Origin: Candidatus Saccharimonadales bacterium | GTDB lineage: Bacteria; Patescibacteriota; Saccharimonadia; QS-5-54-17 | Reading direction: 5' to 3' | DNA length: 64,000 nucleotides | NCBI GenBank assembly: GCA_040903985.1 | Contig: JBBDUI010000002.1 | Location: 390,038 to 454,037, forward strand | In this document: positions 56,497 to 64,000 of the stretch, one piece after another | How positions within the stretch are numbered: position 1 is the first letter of the stretch | Layout of the letters: each line of letters starts with the position of its first letter | Position numbers and translations under genes: made by a program | The notes under the pieces: model-generated | Told to the model about the DNA's origin: nothing | Databases searched by the model: none | The model's input: only the letters and a program-made list of their open reading frames with translations

Positions 56497-59289
56497 CTAG
56501 CGGGGCAGTTCGGCCAAATGGCGCTCGACCAGCTCATCCAGCATGTGGGTGAGGGCCGTGGCCATCTGGGCGCGGGTAGTGGAACTAGCCGGGTCGAAGG
56601 TCGACCCGGTGGTCCCGTTGAGTAGTCCGGCGTTGAACGCCCGGGCGATGTTCTCGGCGTGAACGCCGTGGACATCGTTGAAGGGAACATCGCCGACTTC
56701 GAGTTCCACCTGGGTGGCGTACTCGAAGGCACCGACGATCATCGTCGCCATCTGCGCCCGTGTGATCGAGGCATCTGGCTTGAATGACCCATCCCGGTAG
56801 CCATCGAGAACACCGGTGACAGCCATCTGGTTGATGGAGTCACGGTGGGTCTCATCAGCACCGACGTCGCGGAAGCCGTAGTCGATCGGCGTCGGCAGAT
56901 CGATCTGAGCCGCGTCGAGCAGTCGGTGCAGGAAGGAGGCCATCTGGCCTCGCGTGACGTCACGACCCGGAGCGAAGTGGTCCGCATCCACGCCCTGGGT
57001 CACTCCCCACCAGGCCAGACAGTCGATGGCCGACTGGTGAACCGATCCCGCAGTGTCGGTGAACCCGGCATCGGGTACCAGCAGGGTGGGACAGGCGTTA
57101 GTCACCTCGGCCACGGTCCAGACACTGGCCTGGGAGGTCAGTACTTGGAACTGGAGTTCGCCGGATTCGACGCCGGAGAAGCCAGCCACACAGGGGTCAG
57201 GCTCCGCGATACCGGTCGGACCGGTGCACAGAGGCACGGGGACGCCGTTGCGGAAAATGACCAGCTGCGAGGGATCGAGGTCGGAGGCGATCTCGGGATC
57301 GAGCTTGAAGTCGAGCACCAATGGCTCCTCGGGCGTAGCGTCCGGGGCCGTGATGTCGACCGTGAAGTCGAGGAACGAGAACCCGTTGGCGGGCTCAGTG
57401 TCGGTCGGGGTGCGATCGACACTGACCTCGACGGTGCCACCATTGGGGCTGGTGACCTGGGTACTGGCCCCATCGTTCTCGGCCGTGACCGAACCACCCG
57501 GCGCTACCGTCTCGCTGGCGGTGGGCTGGGGGGTCGGTTCCGGGGGTGCTGGGGGTGCGGACCGCCGGACGGTTACCTGAGCGGTATCCGTATCCAGGGT
57601 TACACCCGCCACCGTCAGGGTCGAAGTGACCGTGATGGTGTTGTTCCCCTCGTTGAGGTTGGTGTTGCCGGTGACGTTCACCGACACATGGCGGTCGTTG
57701 GCCAGCGCTACCGTCGGGGTGACGCTGGTGGTCGAGTGAGAGACACTCGAGGGAGCAGTGACACTAGCGATCTCCGCGCTCAGCGGGGAACTGGTGTCGA
57801 CGGCGCCCGTGGTCGAGTCACACTCACTCGCTCCCGATCCTTCCGAGCAGCCCCACCAGTTGTTGGTGGCAGCTACCTCGACGTCACCGTCACCGTTATC
57901 GATCGCCACGGTGTTGTCCGTGAAGACCGTGTCAGTGATGGTGACGTCACCGTTGGTGCCGTAGGCGCTGGCTGGTACCAGGCCGTCGGTCGATTGCAGT
58001 CGGATGCCGATAGTGTTGCCAGTGAAGGTGCTGTCGCTGATAGTGAGGTCGGAGACCCCGGTCAGCTCCAGCCCGCCGCTGCCACCACTGCCGGTAGTGT
58101 CTGTGATGGTGACCTCGGTGAAGTCCGCCCCTTCAACTGCGTTGAGCACGATCTGGGAGTCAGTGACGACATCCTCGACCGCCAAGTTCAACGTGGTGGG
58201 AGCGACATCGACGGTACCGGAGAGGGCGATCAAGCCGAACCCACTGTCGGGTGCGAGCTCAAAGCCCGTGATCGAAACGCCGTCGATCTCGCCGGCCGTG
58301 TGGCCGGGGATGCTGATCGCGTGTCCCGAGGTGGGGGCGATCACAGTTGCATCGCTGCCGGCACCGATCAGCTGGAGGCCATCCTGGTTCAGGACGACGT
58401 TCTCAGTGAAGGTGCCGGAGCCGACGGAAACACTGCCGCCTGACTCGAGGGAGTCCACGGCGGCCTGGATCGAGCTGAAGGTGTTGACCAGCTCCATTCC
58501 GTGCCAGTGCGCGGCGTAGCTGTCGTTGCTGAGCTCCCCCTCCATGACGTCGTTGCCGAAGTTGTAGGAGTTGATGAACAGCTCCCCCAGCCCGAAGGAC
58601 TCGGAGATGCCTTCGGTTCCGACCGGGATGTCCTGAGAGGCGACGACCTCGTCGGCGATGGAGAAGTGGTAGGTCTGGGAGTCGAGATCGAGTCGAATGC
58701 TGAGCGTCACCCACTCACCATAGGTGAAGGGAACGTCCGGCAGTTCGGTCCAGCCGAGTCCGGAGGTCCAGACCCGCCAGGTCTCGTTCTGGGAGTAGGT
58801 CTCCGCGTCACTGTCGTACTCGGCGGAGACGAACTCGATGATGCCGAACGCCTGCGACCGGTTCTCACCGGCGGAGTCGTATCCGACGGTCCAGATACCG
58901 GCCCTGACGGCGTTGTCCTCCCAGGCGGAGTCGAGGTAGAGGTCTACCTCGACCTCAGTGGTAGGTACACCGGTTGGGGTGGTGACACCTTCGGTGCGGT
59001 AGAAGCTGCCAGTGGCAGCATCCGCACTGTCGATGCCAATTTGCAGGACGTCATCCCGTCCGGCGTAGGAAACCGATCCCCAGCCCGCCGACGGCTCCTG
59101 CCGGTCGGGGGACCAGTTGGTCACCTCATCCGGAGTGAAGTCGATACTGGACTGGGTGACGGCCTTGCCGTCCGGGGTAGTGGCTGTTGCCTCCGGTGCC
59201 ATTCCGATGCTCAGCGCCAAAGTACTCAGCACCAGCGCCAGAAGGGCGAGGATCGTGGTGGCATTACGCCACCGAATTTGCAGGTTCAT
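56497..59289 (-). CDS. large secreted surface protein: right-handed parallel beta-helix (pectate-lyase-like repeats) + three C-terminal SLH domains
   Basis: Signal peptide MNLQIRW...ALSIGMAPEATA, with ATG at 59289 (the ORF track extends to 59397). Repeated T.TD..F..N...I motifs typical of beta-helix proteins. C-terminal SLH repeats paralogous to 51182..52291. Confidence 0.7.
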   Translation of the reverse strand: MNLQIRWRNATTILALLALVLSTLALSIGMAPEATATTPDGKAVTQSSIDFTPDEVTNWSPDRQEPSAGWGSVSYAGRDDVLQIGIDSADAATGSFYRTEGVTTPTGVPTTEVEVDLYLDSAWEDNAVRAGIWTVGYDSAGENRSQAFGIIEFVSAEYDSDAETYSQNETWRVWTSGLGWTELPDVPFTYGEWVTLSIRLDLDSQTYHFSIADEVVASQDIPVGTEGISESFGLGELFINSYNFGNDVMEGELSNDSYAAHWHGMELVNTFSSIQAAVDSLESGGSVSVGSGTFTENVVLNQDGLQLIGAGSDATVIAPTSGHAISIPGHTAGEIDGVSITGFELAPDSGFGLIALSGTVDVAPTTLNLAVEDVVTDSQIVLNAVEGADFTEVTITDTTGSGGSGGLELTGVSDLTISDSTFTGNTIGIRLQSTDGLVPASAYGTNGDVTITDTVFTDNTVAIDNGDGDVEVAATNNWWGCSEGSGASECDSTTGAVDTSSPLSAEIASVTAPSSVSHSTTSVTPTVALANDRHVSVNVTGNTNLNEGNNTITVTSTLTVAGVTLDTDTAQVTVRRSAPPAPPEPTPQPTASETVAPGGSVTAENDGASTQVTSPNGGTVEVSVDRTPTDTEPANGFSFLDFTVDITAPDATPEEPLVLDFKLDPEIASDLDPSQLVIFRNGVPVPLCTGPTGIAEPDPCVAGFSGVESGELQFQVLTSQASVWTVAEVTNACPTLLVPDAGFTDTAGSVHQSAIDCLAWWGVTQGVDADHFAPGRDVTRGQMASFLHRLLDAAQIDLPTPIDYGFRDVGADETHRDSINQMAVTGVLDGYRDGSFKPDASITRAQMATMIVGAFEYATQVELEVGDVPFNDVHGVHAENIARAFNAGLLNGTTGSTFDPASSTTRAQMATALTHMLDELVERHLAELPR

Positions 59290-59487
59290 CTCTATCCTGT
59301 CCTGGTTGGAGTAGGGTACCATCCTGCAACCGACCTGTAAGTCGGTGGTTAGCGAAGTTAGTTTTCTCCTCTGTATGTCAAGGTACATGAAGCCCACCCA
59401 CAGCGTTAAACTGTGAACGGACAGTTGTAATATTGTATAATATTATTACTATTCTAGCAAGAGGGTAAAGAGTTAAAACTCACGCTG

Positions 59488-60339
59488 CTATAAACAGTTA
59501 AGAAGATCGAGATCTAATGGTCCGGAGAGCGTATTACAGTCGACAGCTTCTTCGTTAGAATCCGCGTCTGCATCAGTCGATGTAGTCTCTGTGGTGGTGT
59601 TTTCATCTGGTGCGGCGCTAGTCGGTGTAGCAGTTGTGGGCTGGTCTGACTCACTGTTATTTGGTGCAGCTGTTTGTTGGGATGAATGAACCGGGGCTAC
59701 AGTTGATTCATCGACCGGTCCGACCGGCTTAGTCTTCTCATCACTAGTGGTATCTTCATCTGTATCACTTCTGTCGCTGACGTTTTCTTGCACTACCACT
59801 GGTGCACCGTGGTTGTCTGGATCACTACTACGAGTGACATTGGTGGAGTTTTGCATCACGATAGCGAAGAGAATGGCGAAGATGAGAAACTGCAGCAGCA
59901 GGATGCCGATCACCGTGCGGCGTAGCCAGAGTGGGCCGGCTAAGACCTGACTAGAGGGATCGGCTAGCTTAGAGCGGATAGTAGTTATGACGCTATCGTT
60001 TGGTTTGGGCTTAGTGATCTTAATCGGTTCGGCTCTGGTCTGAGTTTTGTTAGCGTCTCGACGCTGCGGTCGTCCGGTATTAAGGGGCAAGCTCAAGCTG
60101 CTGGGGATAGCACTGTAGAAAGACTGGGCTACCTTACTACGGGGTGGGCGGGGGGTGACTCGCAGTTTCTCACTACGCAAATCAAGCTGGTTTTGTTCTA
60201 GCTTATGGTCGGCCTGGGGGCGATCTCGTTCCTGTTCGCGGTATGTCTGTGCTTGGCGCCGCTCCCGGGCCTCGGCTCGCTTATCAGCCTCAGACCGCAG
60301 ATCTATGCGGTTCAATCTAGAGCCCTCATGGTAGTACAT
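59488..60339 (-). CDS. single-pass membrane protein with basic/acidic charged N-region and Thr/Ser/Asp-rich C-region, hypothetical
   Basis: One TM helix (VIGILLLQFLIFAILFAIVM). Low-complexity flanks, terminal Cys pair. Confidence 0.4.
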   Translation of the reverse strand: MYYHEGSRLNRIDLRSEADKRAEARERRQAQTYREQERDRPQADHKLEQNQLDLRSEKLRVTPRPPRSKVAQSFYSAIPSSLSLPLNTGRPQRRDANKTQTRAEPIKITKPKPNDSVITTIRSKLADPSSQVLAGPLWLRRTVIGILLLQFLIFAILFAIVMQNSTNVTRSSDPDNHGAPVVVQENVSDRSDTDEDTTSDEKTKPVGPVDESTVAPVHSSQQTAAPNNSESDQPTTATPTSAAPDENTTTETTSTDADADSNEEAVDCNTLSGPLDLDLLNCL

Positions 60340-60573
60340 CTCCTAACCTCCCTATCATCTATATTATAGCGTGGGTAAGATTCTAAATCAACTTTATGGC
60401 TCTACCAAGCTACTATCTCTATTACGCTCATGCTTTATTTATTAACTATGCGTGATTAGCCTGCTTAAAGCTTGATGAAGTGATAATCTGAGATCAAGTG
60501 GCGGCTAGATCGGGGCTGAATAGTTAAATGCTTATGGTAATATAAGAGTTAGATTAAGTAGAGAGGCTTCTAG

Positions 60574-60900
60574 ATGAATAAAAAGATCCTAGCGGTATTA
60601 GTATTAGCAGTAGTGGCTGCGGTAGCCTATGGGGCTTGGCTTTTCTTCGACCAGAGTGAGAGCGACACTTATACAATGAGTGAAGTGGCCGAACACGATA
60701 CAGCGGAAGACTGCTGGTTAGTCATCGACGGCACAGTTTACGATGCTACCGATTATCTAGATGAGCACCCACCGGGAAGCGATTCGATCGAGCGCAGTTG
60801 TGGCCTAGATGTTACCGCAGGATTTGAAGCTGTGCGAGCTCATTCAGCCGAGGCTGAAGCATTACTTAGCGGTTATCGTATCGGCGAGCTAGCCGAGTAG
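60574..60900 (+). CDS. membrane-anchored cytochrome b5-like heme-binding domain protein
   Basis: N-terminal TM. HDTAEDCWLVIDGTVYDATDYLDEHPPG matches the cyt-b5 signature (H...DCW..I.G.VYD.T....HPGG). Confidence 0.65.
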   Translation: MNKKILAVLVLAVVAAVAYGAWLFFDQSESDTYTMSEVAEHDTAEDCWLVIDGTVYDATDYLDEHPPGSDSIERSCGLDVTAGFEAVRAHSAEAEALLSGYRIGELAE

Positions 60901-60916
60901 CCTGCTCATCTTCCCT

Positions 60917-61768
60917 ATGTTGGTAATTAAGTTAGACAATCTAACCAAGACCTTTGGTACTACAACGGCTCTGCGAAACTTCTCACTAGAGATCGAAAGT
61001 GGACAGGTGGTGGGGCTACTGGGCCCGAATGGAGCCGGTAAATCTACCTTAATTAAGTCATTAGCCGGTGGTGTCCGGCCCAGCGCTGGCGGGGTAGAAG
61101 TCTTCGGCCAGAACCCCCTCAGGCAGCGACGACAACTGGCCCATCGCTTTGGCTATATGCCTCAAGCTGCCTGTCTGTACGAGGATCTATCAGTACGGGA
61201 TAACATTCGCTTTTTCGCTCGGCTACATAGCGCCCAGGTTTCCACCGCTGCAATCGATGAACTGCTGGAGTTTTTAGGCATGAGTGAGAAGCGGGACGAA
61301 CGGGTGCAGCACTTATCCGGGGGTATGAAGACTCGAGTCTCGCTGGCTTGCGCTATGATCCATCAGCCCAACATCCTTTTTCTCGATGAGCCGACGGCTG
61401 GACTCGACCTCTCGTTGAAGCGGATTCTGTGGAGCTTATTTAAGCGCTTGGCTGGAGAGGGCAAGACACTTCTGATCAGTACACATCTGATGGACGAAGC
61501 GCTACTGTGTGATCGTTTAGCTATTATTCGGGAGGGTCAGCTGCTAGTTCATGATACTCCGGCGCAGATAATTGCCCGGGGGCAAGTCAAAATCGAACTA
61601 GAGCAGCCGGACGGGAAGCAGATCAGTCAGTCAGTAGCAGCTGATCCGGTGGCTATCGCAGACTTCCTGCATGATTATGGCCTGGACCCTAAGGTAAAAC
61701 GGCTCAGCGTCGAGCGGGAATCGCTGGAGGATATTACTATCGCTATTGTAGATGGAGAGCAGGAATAG
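60917..61768 (+). CDS. ABC transporter ATP-binding protein (ABC-2 exporter type)
   Basis: Walker A GPNGAGKST, signature LSGGMKTRVSLA, Walker B ILFLDEPTAGLD. Confidence 0.85.
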   Translation: MLVIKLDNLTKTFGTTTALRNFSLEIESGQVVGLLGPNGAGKSTLIKSLAGGVRPSAGGVEVFGQNPLRQRRQLAHRFGYMPQAACLYEDLSVRDNIRFFARLHSAQVSTAAIDELLEFLGMSEKRDERVQHLSGGMKTRVSLACAMIHQPNILFLDEPTAGLDLSLKRILWSLFKRLAGEGKTLLISTHLMDEALLCDRLAIIREGQLLVHDTPAQIIARGQVKIELEQPDGKQISQSVAADPVAIADFLHDYGLDPKVKRLSVERESLEDITIAIVDGEQE

Positions 61769-61770
61769 CT

Positions 61771-62505
61771 ATGCGTAATATGTTCACGCTCGGCCGCCGG
61801 GTGCTCAACCAGCTTTTCCGGGACAAGTGGTTTCTGATCTTCTCCTTGGCTGCACCGGTACTTATCATTATCGTTTTACGGGTATTTTTCGACACTCTAC
61901 CGGAGCAGATGCCGGTTGAGGAGCTGGTAGTGGCCTTAGCAGCTACGGTCGTCTTCATCATCACGTTCGTACTCTGCATGATATCTGTGGTGGAAGAGCG
62001 AGTTAACGGCACTCTGGAGCGGATGTATGTTAATGGGGTATCGCGGCCGACTATCATCGTCGGTTATGTCCTGGGCTACCTCGTCCTAGCTACGGTTCAG
62101 ACCGCTATCGTAATCGCGATGATTCTAGGTTTGTTCGATCTCAGCTATAGCATCAGTGTGCTGGTCTGGCTGTTTGCGACGATCTGGCTACTTGCTTTAG
62201 CCTCGGTCGCCCTCGGAGTGTTAATTTCTAGCTTCGTCCGGCGTCAGGTGCAGATTATCCCGTTTATCCCGCTGGTATTACTACCGACCATCTTCCTCTC
62301 CGGTATCATGGTCGACCCTACTCAGCTACCCCTGCCGGCCCAGATTGTTGGTCGAGCTACGCCGCTATACTATGCTAATAACGCTATTCAGGAAGCTACC
62401 GGAGGTCAAGATCTAGCGATAATCTGGCCTCAGATTGCAGCCCTAGTGGGTGTGATCGCTATCTTCCTCTTTTTAGCTTCGCGGACACTTAAAACGGTCG
62501 AATAA
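61771..62505 (+). CDS. ABC-2 family transporter permease
   Basis: Six TM helices, immediately after the ATPase (2-nt gap). Confidence 0.75.
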   Translation: MRNMFTLGRRVLNQLFRDKWFLIFSLAAPVLIIIVLRVFFDTLPEQMPVEELVVALAATVVFIITFVLCMISVVEERVNGTLERMYVNGVSRPTIIVGYVLGYLVLATVQTAIVIAMILGLFDLSYSISVLVWLFATIWLLALASVALGVLISSFVRRQVQIIPFIPLVLLPTIFLSGIMVDPTQLPLPAQIVGRATPLYYANNAIQEATGGQDLAIIWPQIAALVGVIAIFLFLASRTLKTVE

Positions 62506-62577
62506 TCGTTGCATAAGCATAATAATATGGTCTAGTATGCAACATCAATGTATACTGAAGCTTAATTGATTCGGAGA

Positions 62578-64000
62578 TATGCCGGTGCTACAACTAGCGG
62601 CTTTGAGAGTTAAAACCCATCGACCTCATTTTGCGGCCCTGCATCTAGTTGCGATCGGGGTGCTAGTACTTTCTACTTGGGCTAGCAGCATGCTCTATGG
62701 CGGCGATAACGTGCGGGCTGCGGCTCCGGTGGAGATTACTAACTGCACCGAGTTAGAGAATATCAGTTTGGATCTGGCCGGTGATTACGTACTGGCTAAC
62801 GATATCGACTGCGCCCCTAGCGATGGTGCAGTGCACTACAGTGAAGACTTTGAGGGTGGTGGGGCCGGCTGGGTTAGTAGTGGTACTAATGATACTTGGA
62901 GCCTGCTCGATGAGACTTGTGACCGAGAGGATGTGGCGGCGGCACCATTTAACTTCGATTCGACGGTGCATGGCAGTAACGGTAAGGCCGGCCCCGACTG
63001 CTTAGGTGGTAACGAGGAGACAAGTACGCTGACTAGTCCAGCCATCGGTCTACCGGTAGTTAGTAATCTCTACCTACGCTTTGACTCGTGGGCGTACGAT
63101 CAAGGCGGTAAGTGTACCGATGATAGTGCAGACGACACTAAAGATGTGGCGCTAGTGGTTAACGGTGGTCCGGCTCAGATCTTAAACGACTGCTACGCTC
63201 TTCATCCTAATAGTGCCGCTCAGGATGAGCTGGGTGCTCATACCTGGTGGTTTGACCTGTCAGCTTATGCCGGGGAAACTATTGAGCTTAGCTTCCATTA
63301 TCAGACTCAAGATAACGATCTCGGCTTTGAGTTAGGCTGGTTCATCGATAATGTTGCGATTACCGAGACCGATTTCTTTGAACCGATCGGTACCACGGGG
63401 GATAGCTTCGACGGTACACTCGATGGAGATGATCACACTATTTCGAACTTGCTGATAGAGGAGACCGGTGATTACGTCGGTTTGTTTGGTTATACCGGTG
63501 CAACTGCCGAGATTAAAAACGTCGGGCTCACGAGCGGCAACCTATTTACCACTGGGAGTTATGCTGGTGGTCTAGTCGGATTTAATGCAGGAACTTTAGA
63601 GAACGTTTACGCTAATCTCGATGTACGTGGGGCAAATAACATCGGCGGCTTAGTCGGCAGTAGCTCCGGGGAGATCTCGCAGGCTTCTGCCGGCGGTGAG
63701 GTAATCGGTGAGGATTTCGTTGGCGGCTTAGTCGGTGAAGTAAACGGTAGTGTGAGCTACTCTTCAGCTACCGGTCAGGTCAGCCTACCCGGTAATTGCT
63801 GCGCAGGCGGCCTGATCGGGGCCCTCTACGGTACGGTAGATAACTCTTACGCCCGGGGCAAGGTATCGAGTGACGGTCTGAGCGGTAACCAAGGCGGCTT
63901 AGTCGGCGTCAGCACTGGCATGCTGACTAATTCCTACGCCACTGGAGTGGTGACCGGCACATTACCACTGGGCGGTCTGATCGCTACTGATGTAGGCAGT
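62578..64000 (+). CDS. secreted protein with N-terminal MAM/lectin-like domain and GLUG-motif repeats, 3'-partial (runs off the window)
   Basis: The frame is open from the ATG at 62578 to the window end. It is absent from the ORF track because no stop lies inside the window. Signal peptide. Repeated IGGLVG...G.I.NSYA.G.V units typical of GLUG repeats. Confidence 0.6.

Noticed and set aside
56845-58443. 532-aa + strand ORF, plus several other long ORFs (57053..57580, 58004..58519, 58501..59340 +; 57138..57497, 58403..58714 -) overlapping the beta-helix SLH gene
   Set aside because: Arg/Gly/Asp-rich nonsense composition typical of stop-free alternate frames in GC-rich DNA. All are fully contained in or antisense to a gene with strong domain evidence (SLH repeats, signal peptide).

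Overview
This 64 kb bacterial window covers the chromosomal replication-origin neighbourhood. Standard translation table and canonical GGAGG-type Shine-Dalgarno sites are seen on core genes. The backbone is rpmH-rnpA-yidC-jag on the + strand, read divergently from dnaA-dnaN-recF-DUF721(DciA-like) on the - strand. Perfect DnaA boxes sit in the rpmH/dnaA spacer, and further DnaA-box-like motifs plus an AT-rich tract sit in the dnaA/dnaN spacer, suggesting a bipartite oriC. Flanking this core are: (i) a 5'-truncated operon encoding a large unknown protein, a two-domain peptidoglycan hydrolase (GH73-like glucosaminidase + NlpC/P60-like) and a PEGA-like membrane protein; (ii) an ABC-transporter-dependent glycan locus (Wzm/Wzt, several GT2s, a GT-B, a GT-C, and a split WbdD-like kinase + methyltransferase pair for chain-end capping); (iii) a low-GC cell-envelope locus (GtrB-like GT2, UDP-GlcNAc 2-epimerase, TagD/TagF-like glycerol-phosphate enzymes, a flippase-like protein, GT-C paralogues, a subtilase) followed by rmlACBD-type dTDP-rhamnose genes and a WecC-like dehydrogenase; (iv) lexA and tRNA-Asn(GTT) followed by a roughly 9 kb low-GC accessory island of small detox/resistance-type genes (two paralogous P-loop kinases, GNAT, VOC family proteins, a SLOG-like protein, CsoR plus a His-rich membrane protein, an orphan trpF) with no integrase; (v) a distinctly GC-rich block encoding two paralogous SLH-domain surface proteins (one a 930-aa beta-helix protein), each followed 3' by a copy of the same long palindromic element, plus a GH57-like enzyme, CcdA/thioredoxin and others; (vi) a cytochrome-b5-like protein with an ABC-2 exporter and a 3'-truncated GLUG-repeat secreted protein. 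No CRISPR array, rRNA, transposase or integrase was recognised. The composition is mosaic (about 40% to over 60% GC by eye), which points to several horizontally acquired segments around a conserved origin core. All calls rest on motif recognition by eye; nothing was searched or computed.
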